From positions 1 to 64,000 of the IMG/VR virus record IMGVR_UViG_3300018080_000117: DNA of 64,000 nt, one strand, 5' to 3'. Made by a program: the position numbers and the translations under genes. Positions 55,660-64,000 of this stretch are shown piece after piece. The notes beneath the pieces were generated by a model. It saw only the letters and a list, made by a program, of their open reading frames with translations, was not told the DNA's origin and made no database searches. This DNA comes from a virus. Numbering within the stretch: the first letter of the stretch is position 1; the number at the start of each line of letters is the position of its first letter.

Positions 55660-56294
55660 GCCTGTCTCGACCAAGAAGGGAATTTACGAACAAAGGGGCT
55701 TTCGGTTTTATTCAGTTCCAACAGACCCCAGCCCACCAAAGGATGGTAGGGACTGGTCTTTTCTTCGTAACTCGGATAAACAACAGTGTGCGGTACCGTA
55801 CAACAATCTTTGATGTAAGCGTAGGAGCAAACCTGGTTGTTGTACCGGTCGAACTGAAATTGCTTTTTACCAGGCACCTGAAAATCGTCGATGAGGATAA
55901 ACCAAGAACGATCACCAACGTGCTTGCAAATCATTCTTACTTCGTCTCTCAAAGGCCATTGAAAGCCCCTGCCGTGCGCGTCTAACCAAAAGACAGCACT
56001 ATACACGTCCAACTTTGGCAGGAGCTTAGGAAGGAACTGTTGACTTGTGGCATGGTACAACCGAACATTGTTCATCCCAGCACAATTTTGCTTAGCTCTG
56101 GCAAACTGCTTTTCGTCCGCTTCACAACTGTAGCAAAGCAAAGAAGGGTGGTTGCCTGCTACGTAGTGCAAGGTGGCCCCGATATTAGTTCCTGTCTCCA
56201 CAAACACTAGCGTATTCTTGAGCAGGTACGCGGCACCTTGCATTAGGTAGTAATCGCCGTGGAAGCCTACCGGGGGATAAATTTTTCTGTTCAC
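55656..56294 (-). CDS. Class I SAM-dependent methyltransferase-like protein
   Basis: FVETGT..G, FWLDAH and ILIDD motifs. Confidence 0.75.
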   Translation of the reverse strand: MNRKIYPPVGFHGDYYLMQGAAYLLKNTLVFVETGTNIGATLHYVAGNHPSLLCYSCEADEKQFARAKQNCAGMNNVRLYHATSQQFLPKLLPKLDVYSAVFWLDAHGRGFQWPLRDEVRMICKHVGDRSWFILIDDFQVPGKKQFQFDRYNNQVCSYAYIKDCCTVPHTVVYPSYEEKTSPYHPLVGWGLLELNKTESPFVRKFPSWSRQA

Positions 56295-57004
56295 AACTTT
56301 CCTGCCTTCTTGAGATCGTTGCAGGGGTGGTCGGTGTGGATAAGCTGCGCTCGTGGAATATTTGCGGCGTTGTGAACCTTATCGACGAATCGTGCGGGGG
56401 TAAAGAAAAGGTTGTTTGCAAGCTTTCGTGCTCGATGGTAGCCAAAAGTCTTTAGGTAGACCTCCAGCTCGATTTCTTTTTCCCGGTCGATTGCCTCGCA
56501 AACGATAATGCTGGGGGCGTACTTTCTAAGGTCAAACCCCTTCAGCACTCTTAGTTCTGCACCCTCCACGTCGATCGTTACCATATCGACCTTAGGAACT
56601 TGAGCTTCGGTAAGAAGAGTGTTCAAACACCTTGCGGGAACCTTTACTTTCTTGTACCCCCGAAAAGCTTTGGGATAAGCTTTTTTGAAGTACTCGCCCA
56701 TGCTCGGATCGATCGTGCTAAGCGTTCCAAGCTCGTTCAAGTAGAAATCCATCTCTTCTTGATCACACTCACAACACGCGCCTGAAAACACCACTGACTT
56801 AGGCCGATTCTTTTTTACGAGTTCTGCGTAGGCCGGGTGCACCTCGACGCAGAGCCCTTGCCAACCAGCCTGCTCGAAGCTGTAGGAGTTAGAAAAGCGC
56901 TTACCGTCAAGCGCCCCCACATCCACAAAAAACCCCTTGTAGCCAGGATCAAACACCGACCAAAGAATTTTGTCTTCGCCGTTTTGGGAGTAGTATTTAG
57001 GCAC
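56291..57004 (-). CDS. FkbM-family methyltransferase
   Basis: YSQNGED, FVDVGA.DG...SNS, GW.GLCVE and IDVEGAEL.VLKG. Confidence 0.9.
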   Translation of the reverse strand: MPKYYSQNGEDKILWSVFDPGYKGFFVDVGALDGKRFSNSYSFEQAGWQGLCVEVHPAYAELVKKNRPKSVVFSGACCECDQEEMDFYLNELGTLSTIDPSMGEYFKKAYPKAFRGYKKVKVPARCLNTLLTEAQVPKVDMVTIDVEGAELRVLKGFDLRKYAPSIIVCEAIDREKEIELEVYLKTFGYHRARKLANNLFFTPARFVDKVHNAANIPRAQLIHTDHPCNDLKKAGKL

Positions 57005-57072
57005 CTCTAATCTCCTTTGGTGTGATCTCACGCCATTCAGGAAAAAGTTGCAGAAAGCGATCGACTGCTAAA

Positions 57073-57213
57073 TCATCTGCCCGCAGTACCTCGCCAGCTC
57101 CAATTCAGATCTCTTCGGTGCCACAAGCCGTGTTTGCCGCGCTTAACCCAAAACTTGTGCATCTTAGCCGCGTTCTTCCTGGTTTTCCTTAGCCACCTTG
57201 CTGTCTTTTTCAT
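57073..57213 (-). CDS. Small basic ORF, possibly a frameshifted remnant
   Basis: GGAGG RBS, MKKTARWLRK... 46 aa. A different frame continues to the FkbM start. Confidence 0.4.
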   Translation of the reverse strand: MKKTARWLRKTRKNAAKMHKFWVKRGKHGLWHRRDLNWSWRGTAGR

Positions 57214-57235
57214 AGCAACCTCCAACAAATGAAAT

Positions 57236-58072
57236 TTACTTCTGCAAAGCCTTCCTTTTCATCCGCTCTGCTTTGGCATCTACCCAAATATCCTTCAAAG
57301 GAATAAACGTCGGCTCCTTCTGTCTTCCGAGATTAGCTTGCTTCAATCGCTTAGTTACCTCGTAAGGGTGTTTTCTCGTCGTCTCCCAAATACTTCTACG
57401 GTGCCACAACAAAAACTTCGAGTAGCCTTTTGCGTGCCACAGGTGGTAGAGCTTGTGATCAAACTTATGCTCTTTACCTAAAATGTGCTTAGCTCGCCAA
57501 GCGATGTCATTGTCGTTACCGCCCCACCCCAAGTAGTTTTCGTTGTACCCACCGAGGCGATCCCAAAAAAACTTAGCGTTGGCTGCTACGGAATACCCTG
57601 CGAACAAAAGTGTTCCCGACTTCTGACGTTCAGCCTTTTCTAAGTGCTTACGTTCAAGCTTCTTCGTCTGCATTACTTCTGCAGAAGCTTTTGCATCCAT
57701 AGCCAGCATCGTACTCCACGCAATAAAGTAAGGCGCTCTAAAATTTCTTACTGCTTGAAGATACGTCTCCGAACACACCAAATCGATGTCGTAAAACAAG
57801 TAACGTTCGCCGTTGGCAATCTTCGCCCCGACGTTGGCCATCCAGGGTTGGTTGAAGTGGTTTTCTCCAGGGCCTTCGATTTGAATGTACTTGTCGACTG
57901 GAAGATCCTGGTAGTACGGTCCACCTGTTCTTAACCCGCCTAACAAAGCATTGATTTGTTCGACAAGAATAATCTCGTATTCGACGTTTCTGCTTTGCCT
58001 AAGAAAATGGATGCACGTTTGCGCGTGCTCTTGCCTGTTTTTCCCTGTGATGGGAATTATGACCGAGAGCAA
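57236..58072 (-). CDS. GT-A glycosyltransferase (GT2/GT7-like)
   Basis: LSVIIP, IILVEQ, N.GA, YDID and GGYNE.Y.GWGG.D. TTG start with GGAGG. Confidence 0.85.
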   Translation of the reverse strand: MLSVIIPITGKNRQEHAQTCIHFLRQSRNVEYEIILVEQINALLGGLRTGGPYYQDLPVDKYIQIEGPGENHFNQPWMANVGAKIANGERYLFYDIDLVCSETYLQAVRNFRAPYFIAWSTMLAMDAKASAEVMQTKKLERKHLEKAERQKSGTLLFAGYSVAANAKFFWDRLGGYNENYLGWGGNDNDIAWRAKHILGKEHKFDHKLYHLWHAKGYSKFLLWHRRSIWETTRKHPYEVTKRLKQANLGRQKEPTFIPLKDIWVDAKAERMKRKALQK

Positions 58073-58074
58073 GG

Positions 58075-58311
58075 CTACCTCCTCAATAGCTTTGTTTGTA
58101 CGGTTTTCAGACCAGTAATCGAAACCTGCTTGTTGTGCCCCTTGTTCAAACAAGGACCAACACACTCACCTTTTGAGTTCACTAAGGTTAGCCCACAACC
58201 CTCACAAAGGACAGAAGCTAAGTAGCCATGTTCAACCAGCCCCACAAAGTCATTTGGTTGGTCTAAATCCGGATACACGTCTTTCATACATTGTTGGCAG
58301 TACGATCCCAT
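58075..58311 (-). CDS. Small Cys-rich protein
   Basis: CQQC, CEGCG, GGAGG RBS. Confidence 0.6.
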   Translation of the reverse strand: MGSYCQQCMKDVYPDLDQPNDFVGLVEHGYLASVLCEGCGLTLVNSKGECVGPCLNKGHNKQVSITGLKTVQTKLLRR

Positions 58312-58627
58312 TTACGCATCCTCCGTTGGCGGAATGTAACCCAGGCCCACCTTTTTAACAAAAAGCGCTTCCGGAAAATACTCGGCAACCTCTTCCAGAT
58401 TTTTAGCAAGACAGTAAATGTGTCCGTCCTGCACGTCGATGTAGTCGCCATCTACTTCAGCGGTGCTTTTCAATGCGTTCGTTGTTTTGAGTTCTACTAA
58501 GTAGCAATTCATTTTAGGGAACTCCACAAAACATCGTCATCCCGAACAAGAAATTCTGGAACCCAGAAGCACCCTTCCGCAATACTGAATAACTGGACAA
58601 GGCTAATATCCATTTTTGGGTCCCTTT

Positions 58628-59536
58628 CTATTTGGGTTGCAGTAGGATCTTATCAAATTGTTTTCTAATCTTTTCGGGGTCGACCCAATCGGTGTACGTG
58701 TTGTTGGGAAGCCAGGGTTGCCTAAGCTTAGCTAAGTATTTGTTAGGATCCTTGTCAACAGCCTCAACCTTATCCACCAACGCGGCAAAGCTGCCATCGA
58801 AATTAATAAAGCTCTTGGGGTTAAAATCGCGGTGAACTTGAGTGTTGCCCCAATAAATCGGAATGCAGCCAGCGAGCATGGCAAGATAAAGTTTTTCGGA
58901 GGTGTACCTGTTATCTCGTTCGTTCTCGAAGGCAATGACAAACTTGTACTGCCGGTAGAACTCCACCACCTCATCAAACTTACGGTACAGACGGCGTCTA
59001 AGGTGGTGTCTGAGGTTTTGTCGGGTTGCCCCACCCAAAGGAGCCATGTTGTTACAAACCGCCCCAGGGGCGTCTACGCGCTTGTAGCGTGACAACAGTT
59101 CAAAGAACCTCATTCGATTAGGTTCAGGGTTTGAGTAAACAAACGCGCAAAACTTAGTTTTGCTAGCTAGGATTTTTTCGGGGTTGTAGTGGGGAGGTTT
59201 GATCAAATCAGGACCGGCTCCAATCCTGGCATAGTTTGGCAACCGATAATGCCTCGGGTTGTTGTCCACGTCTTCGGGGTAGAAAAACGTAAACGAGTAG
59301 TCAGCCTGCTTGAGATTCGGACCGTGGTTCTCAACAGGAATCCAAACCTTCTTGGCTGTCTTAGGAATGTTCTTAGCCTGGTGGGGCTTAGAATAAAAAA
59401 CAACTCTTGGGTTTGAAGGAACAAAATCGTAGTTGTTAGCCACGCATTTGAGCCTAGCAAACAAAATATTGGCACTTATCTCCGGACGCCACATCCAAGC
59501 TACTGCAGGCACTTCAATCATTTTAGGTTTTCCCAT
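58628..59536 (-). CDS. GT10 alpha-1,3-fucosyltransferase-like protein (paralog 2)
   Basis: KFCAFVYSN and YKFVIAFEN....Y.SEKL...IPIYWG. Shares PEKILASKTKFCAFVY with paralog 1. Confidence 0.88.
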   Translation of the reverse strand: MGKPKMIEVPAVAWMWRPEISANILFARLKCVANNYDFVPSNPRVVFYSKPHQAKNIPKTAKKVWIPVENHGPNLKQADYSFTFFYPEDVDNNPRHYRLPNYARIGAGPDLIKPPHYNPEKILASKTKFCAFVYSNPEPNRMRFFELLSRYKRVDAPGAVCNNMAPLGGATRQNLRHHLRRRLYRKFDEVVEFYRQYKFVIAFENERDNRYTSEKLYLAMLAGCIPIYWGNTQVHRDFNPKSFINFDGSFAALVDKVEAVDKDPNKYLAKLRQPWLPNNTYTDWVDPEKIRKQFDKILLQPK

Positions 59537-59710
59537 AGCCTTGGTTCTCCTTCCTCGCAACCGTAGCCTAAGGGACACCAACAACCCACCATCCCTAATA
59601 GGTGGGTACAGCAACCCTGCCCCTCTTCTATTCCAGTTGGGCGACAGAACTCTTTGTGCTCACAATCCTTGCAGAGTTTTATGTAGACGCACTCAGCACA
59701 AAGAATTCGC

Positions 59711-60061
59711 TTAGCCATTTTTGCGACTCGTGTTTAGTATTGCTTGCTGGTACGAATTTGAGATTGCTTGATAGTGGGCAAGCTTTTCGATCTGTTTTTT
59801 TAGGCTCGCTGAGAGAACCCGCACCCCCCGCTCGTCGTAAAGACGATCAACCAGTTCTCGCAACACTTCTCTTTCCGTATTTCTAATTTCTAACATTTCT
59901 TTGTCTTTCCGCTCTCTAATCTCGGACCTAGACTGAATAAGCTCAATTTCTTTGCGAGACAACCGTGCTTCTAACTTGATTACTTTTTTTCGTAACTTAC
60001 TGTTTTCTTCCTTAGTGCACTTCCACTCAGAAAACAAAGGACACTCTTGAGGGCAAGGCAT
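59711..60061 (-). CDS. Coiled-coil hypothetical protein
   Basis: 116 aa, charged and helical. Confidence 0.6.
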   Translation of the reverse strand: MPCPQECPLFSEWKCTKEENSKLRKKVIKLEARLSRKEIELIQSRSEIRERKDKEMLEIRNTEREVLRELVDRLYDERGVRVLSASLKKQIEKLAHYQAISNSYQQAILNTSRKNG

Positions 60062-60070
60062 AGGGATCTC

Positions 60071-60280
60071 CTAACAACAGCTTTTGAGAAGTTCTGATTG
60101 CAGTTCAACGTAAGAAAGATCTTTGAACCGAATAGGTGCACCTACCGACTTGAGAATAACAACCACGGCGTCAGGCTCTTCCCAAAAAGCCACGATGTCA
60201 TTGATTCGAAAAGCGTGCTCCCCCCGATCTCCCACAAACACAAAGTCAGATGCTTTCACGTTACGCTCCGTATCCTGCAT
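60071..60280 (-). CDS. Hypothetical protein
   Basis: 69-aa ORF overlapping the upstream gene. Confidence 0.45.
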   Translation of the reverse strand: MQDTERNVKASDFVFVGDRGEHAFRINDIVAFWEEPDAVVVILKSVGAPIRFKDLSYVELQSELLKSCC

Positions 60281-60956
60281 AGGGGTAAAACTTAGGTCGG
60301 GCTTTTAGTACTTGTTTACAGGGTTTTCCCACCCAAAGCACATAGACAAAGGATCGGTAAATCGGAGGGCACAGAGGCTTACGAGGCTTGGCTCCTTCTT
60401 TTATGTACAGATCGCACATAGAGTTCAATGCCTCGCAATAGGAGTTCGAGGCAGCATCCAAGGGTATGATGTCCTGTGAGTCGGTACTGTTTAGCAGGGG
60501 CTTTTCGATAAGCAAAGAGTACGGCAGTTTTAGGCTTGCGGCGCAAGCTTGCAAAAAGCTTGTGGTGACCCTTGTTTTGTGACCGCATCCATCTCTCCAA
60601 TAAAACTTAGTTCCCTTCTGCTCCAAGTAGTCGTCGAAGTCGAAACTAGGTCCTTCGACGTAAACAAATTCCCGGCTCTTCTTGCAAGCCGTTTTTAGAG
60701 CCGTGTAAACGTCTTCGTAGCTAGGAAGGTGTTCTAAGACGTGGCAAGCCATCGAAAAGCGCACAGTGCCCTGTAGCTTGTCTAGTTGCTGAATAGGAAG
60801 GCACGCTGCAACGTAACCTGCATCTTTTAGCAATTTGACACGTTCAGGATTCTTGTCGATGCACAAACCAACCTTGCCCCCAAACTTGTGCTTCGCGATT
60901 TTGTAACTACCCCCGTGACCAGCACCGAGATCAAGAAAATCAACTTGAACTTTCAC
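60261..60956 (-). CDS. Class I SAM-dependent methyltransferase
   Basis: FLDLGAGHG and HVLEHL. Confidence 0.8.
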   Translation of the reverse strand: MKVQVDFLDLGAGHGGSYKIAKHKFGGKVGLCIDKNPERVKLLKDAGYVAACLPIQQLDKLQGTVRFSMACHVLEHLPSYEDVYTALKTACKKSREFVYVEGPSFDFDDYLEQKGTKFYWRDGCGHKTRVTTSFLQACAASLKLPYSLLIEKPLLNSTDSQDIIPLDAASNSYCEALNSMCDLYIKEGAKPRKPLCPPIYRSFVYVLWVGKPCKQVLKARPKFYPYAGYGA

Positions 60957-61287
60957 ACGACCCCCTAATTACAGAACGTGACTCGAAATAAGTCGGTTTG
61001 TACAACAAAATTAGTTTAGCCAAAATAACCTCGGGATTTTCAAACCCGTAGATATCAAGGCACGCCGCTTTGTTCTCAGGCCACGTGTGGATCGTAATGT
61101 GCTTGTGGTCGTCTAGTAAGATGGCGGACATTCCTTGAGGCTCAAATTTGCGTACCAGCAATTCTGCGTCTAAAAGGTTTAGTTCTTTCAAAATGCATTC
61201 ATCGTCAAGATCATGTTCTGAGATTAGGTTCACGATACAATGGGCCTTTTCCATAAGCTCCTCGGGGATTGAATAGCATTTACCCAA
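60940..61287 (-). CDS. S-adenosylmethionine decarboxylase-like protein lacking the pyruvoyl serine
   Basis: KFEPQGMS...HITIHTWPE...CLDIY. The canonical ESH is replaced by DHKH. Confidence 0.7.
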   Translation of the reverse strand: MGKCYSIPEELMEKAHCIVNLISEHDLDDECILKELNLLDAELLVRKFEPQGMSAILLDDHKHITIHTWPENKAACLDIYGFENPEVILAKLILLYKPTYFESRSVIRGSCESSS

Positions 61288-61371
61288 AAACCTTAGTTTT
61301 AGCTAGGAGGCTAGGTATTAACTAAGGATACGAAAAAAGACGTACGTTAGGGTAAGCCACAGGAGACGCAG

Positions 61372-61571
61372 ATGCGAATTCGAGCAATTGATGTCCTGGC
61401 GGTTATGACGTTGCCCTTACCGAGGTTGCAAAAAGGTTCATCGAGGAACATCCCGAATATTACCTCGAAGAAGCGAAAAAGGCTCTGAACGAATTTATCG
61501 AACGCGAGGCCAAAAAATTAGTCTCTCTAGCGGTTTCGAGTGACCGAAAAACTCGCTATTCAGGTATGTAG
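61372..61571 (+). pseudogene. Frameshifted small gene
   Basis: AGGAG RBS and MRIRAIDV start. The protein-like helical remainder (YDVALTEVAKRFIEEHPEYYLEEAKK...) is in a different frame. Confidence 0.5.
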
Positions 61572-61751
61572 CGCTGCAGAGCTATGTACTCGTTGACAAG
61601 GTGGACTGGAGGATTGCTTGCAATCCGTAGAAGGTATGAAGCCAAGTCTTCGAATATACTAAAAATGAATATGTTAGCCAAACCTAGAGAGACTATTTTT
61701 TTTTGCGTGGTGCCGATTTGCGTGAACTTGGATCGGGTGTCTTGGGAATTC

Positions 61752-62159
61752 CTAGCAGACCACGTTGTTGATTCTTCTACGTTCATGTAAGACCTTCCTG
61801 TAAGTCTTCCTCAACAACTTTTTCCAAGCCTTAGTTAGCCTTTTGTAATCGATCGAAGACTGGTTGACGTACTTTGTACTTGTATCCTCGGTGCTCTCAG
61901 AAGGTTCTACCTGCAACACACTAAGCATTTGGTTGGTTGTTTTGACTAATCTTTTCTGAAAGTCGTACCACCCTTGAACTAGTTTTTCGTTATTCGACAT
62001 CGATCGGTTGCTTTTCTCGAACGTCTTCTGTTTCAACATCAAAGCCGTCTTCCATTTGATGTCATTAGGCGCTATTAGAACTTGTGCAGGGTAACATCCA
62101 CGAGGTATTTCATTCGTTCCCCTTATCCACCAACCAAGCCTCAACATTAATTTCCTCAA
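61752..62159 (-). CDS. Hypothetical protein
   Basis: 135-aa ORF in a co-oriented run. Confidence 0.55.
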   Translation of the reverse strand: MRKLMLRLGWWIRGTNEIPRGCYPAQVLIAPNDIKWKTALMLKQKTFEKSNRSMSNNEKLVQGWYDFQKRLVKTTNQMLSVLQVEPSESTEDTSTKYVNQSSIDYKRLTKAWKKLLRKTYRKVLHERRRINNVVC

Positions 62160-62463
62160 CCTCTACAGGCTTTGCGTAAAAAGGTAGCCACTCATACTTT
62201 AGGGTATCGGCTAACTTAGCTGCGTAGTCCTTCGTGTCGTTAGACAGCGTAACATCCTCTTCGCACACGCGGTAGCGTTTATCTAAGCTGTCTAGGATAC
62301 GAAAAATAATATCTGATTCAGGGTCTACTTCGAAGTCGTCGGTTTGGTATTTTTCCAAGGTAATTACCTCTGGTTCGTATCCTTGCGTTTCTCGCAGTAC
62401 CTGAAAGATTAGTGAATCCTTATCCACGCTTCTTTCGGTCTTATTGTAAAACCACAGGTACAT
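62110..62463 (-). CDS. Acidic hypothetical protein
   Basis: 117 aa, GGGAG RBS. Confidence 0.65.
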   Translation of the reverse strand: MYLWFYNKTERSVDKDSLIFQVLRETQGYEPEVITLEKYQTDDFEVDPESDIIFRILDSLDKRYRVCEEDVTLSNDTKDYAAKLADTLKYEWLPFYAKPVEVEEINVEAWLVDKGNE

Positions 62464-62716
62464 TTTTTCTCCCTTAGGTGGGTTGTACCGGGATTAGTTT
62501 GCGGGGGAGTTTAGCAGAAAGGAAAAAACTTGGCCTGTAAAATCGCCCAAATACAGAGGCGGTTGATCAAACCACGTGTCTTTGGGTCTGGCACAGACAA
62601 GCCTACTTAAACAGCAGGAGGAGCCGCGCACTACCCTCCGGCGTGCCAACCTTCGGTAGATATTGAGGCCCAATTGCTGCTTCGGCAAGGATTCCACAGA
62701 CCAAATCTAAGATAAA

Positions 62717-62769
62717 ATTTTACTGTTTTTCAAAAACGCTGTCAAGGCTAATTTACTGTTTTTCAAAAA
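62717..62769 (-). promoter_or_regulatory. Consensus sigma70 promoter with overlapping 18-bp direct repeat
   Basis: TTGACA-N17-TAAAAT (62745 to 62717). TTTACTGTTTTTCAAAAA occurs at 62719-62736 and 62752-62769. Confidence 0.8.
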
Positions 62770-62783
62770 GCCCTTTTGCCCTA

Positions 62784-63478
62784 TCAAGTAAGTTTTTCAA
62801 ACCTCAAATTTGGGAATTCTTTTTTCAACCGCGCTACCGCTATTTTGAGGTAGCTTTTTTCTAGGTCAACTCCGATAACTCTGTGACCATTTTTCAAAGC
62901 CGCTAGTGCTGTTGTCCCGGAACCCAAAAACGGATCAAATACAATTGCGTTAGGAGGAGACACCAACCGAACTAAATAATCAACCAGTGCTAGAGGCTTG
63001 ACTGTCGGGTGGGTGTTTATTTCTCCACGTTCTTTTTTCGACGCTTTCGCTGCATAAAAAAACCTGGCAGCAGACCCTATCGAGGTATCTGTTTTTGAGG
63101 TTTCGTAATTAGTCGGATCGCCATTGTTGTTGAAATGCCGTGCACCTTGGGTTCTGTTCCACGTCCCGCCCTTCGCGTCCGGGAATAATTCTTTTACCTC
63201 TTTGCTACCGTCGTGCAAAAAGTTAGCTGGCCAACGACCGTCTTTTTTGTATTCCATCGTACTGTTCTGCTCGTGGGCTTTTTTTCTTGGCTAGCGCTTT
63301 AGACACGTTCAAGGACTTAGGAAAACCCGAGGAGTACACCCATTGCATTTGATCACGTATTTCCCACGTATGGAGGATCCGTCACAATTGCGTCTACTGA
63401 ATTTTCTTTTAGGGCTCTTGCTACTCTCAGACTGTCTGCGACAAACAGATTTATTTTTTTAGCGTGTATTTTGAGCAT
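62784..63478 (-). pseudogene. N6A/N4C DNA methyltransferase broken by two deletion frameshifts
   Basis: Three pieces: MLKIHAKK...SVDAIVTDPPY, then WEIRDQMQWVYSSGFPKS...EQYDG, then GRWPAN...HPTVKP...DPFLGSGTT, each out of frame with the previous. Confidence 0.85.
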
Positions 63479-63666
63479 CGTTTCGGATAACCTTCATGGA
63501 ATCTCGGAAAAACATCCGCCGACCTTTTGATCAGAAAGTATTCGTACCCATCGATGCAATAAACCTCTAATTCATACGGAAACTCACTAAGGGGTTTTGT
63601 TCTTCTTTCTTCCGGGCTCTCGGAACAGCAAAAAAAGAAAATGCACAGCAACAAAAAAGCTTTCAT
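63451..63666 (-). CDS. Small putative lipoprotein/exported protein
   Basis: Hydrophobic N-terminus ending in Cys, CIDGYEY motif. Confidence 0.55.
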   Translation of the reverse strand: MKAFLLLCIFFFCCSESPEERRTKPLSEFPYELEVYCIDGYEYFLIKRSADVFPRFHEGYPKRCSKYTLKK

Positions 63667-63669
63667 AGG

Positions 63670-64000
63670 CTACTCCAAAAACTTAGTAAGTGATTGCTCG
63701 AACCGATCCACAACGTTCTGCCACTTGAATTTAGGGTGCTGCGCTGTTTTGAGCCCATGCGCTTTTAGAGCCCGTCTAAGCGACTTGTCTGCCAAAAGCT
63801 TAGCAACCCCTTTCCAAATCCCTTGAGGGCTTCTGGGGACAACTACGGCGTTGCGGTTGTTCCTTACAAAGTCTCGGCTTCCCCCGTCGTCAGTACACAC
63901 CACCGGGCACCCACAACTCATCGCTTCGAGGATCGGAAAATTAAATCCCTCTACCTGGCATGCCGACACAAAAAGCGTGCTTCTGTTGTACAGATGCCAC
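63670..64000 (-). CDS. GT-B (GT4-like) glycosyltransferase, C-terminal part
   Basis: EGFNFPILEAMSCGCPVV.T..GG motif. The frame is open to the window edge. Confidence 0.88.
   Translation of the reverse strand, partial: WHLYNRSTLFVSACQVEGFNFPILEAMSCGCPVVCTDDGGSRDFVRNNRNAVVVPRSPQGIWKGVAKLLADKSLRRALKAHGLKTAQHPKFKWQNVVDRFEQSLTKFLE

Noticed and set aside
54441-59184. Identical ~34-bp stretch in the two GT10 genes as a DGR template/variable repeat pair
   Set aside because: No adenine-specific mismatches and no reverse transcriptase in the window. Paralogy or gene conversion explains it.
1-64000. Stop-codon reassignment
   Set aside because: Core genes are full length in the standard code and end in TAA, TAG and TGA. 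The tRNA with anticodon TAG reads CTA and is not a suppressor.

Overview
This is a 64-kb segment of a large contractile-tailed dsDNA phage (myovirus), almost entirely on the minus strand. Protein calls come from motif recognition and gene order, not database searches. Reading right to left: (1) a glycan-modification cluster of about 14 kb (GT4, two GT2/GT7-like, two GT10, three sulfotransferases, FkbM and other SAM methyltransferases, RmlD) interrupted by a dual-frame cytosine methyltransferase; (2) terminase, a 1045-aa multidomain protein, portal and a PD-(D/E)XK nuclease; (3) an accessory region with a complete IS605-type tnpA/tnpB element whose ends and empty site can be reconstructed, an AAA-ATPase relic, pentapeptide, DenV-like, secreted LamG-GH39 and Acb2/Tad1-like genes; (4) a plus-strand tRNA operon; (5) protease, scaffold, capsid, neck, LamG fibres, sheath, tube, frameshifted tail chaperones and the start of the tape measure gene. 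The strongest novel signal is at 25.3-25.8 kb. A sigma70 promoter is followed by a 23-codon Leu/Tyr-rich leader peptide, mutually exclusive antiterminator and terminator helices, and then tRNA-Tyr, tRNA-Leu(UAG) and tRNA-Leu(UAA). This looks like a ribosome-mediated attenuator that switches on phage tRNAs when those same tRNAs are limiting. The tRNA-Tyr is broken by a clean 22-24 bp internal inversion. Other notable signals are a family of basic-leader, K/R-x-A-punctuated putative capsid-cargo proteins (Ocr-like, DarA_C-like, GNAT, HAD and ART-like domains) and repeated deletion scars confined to non-essential genes.
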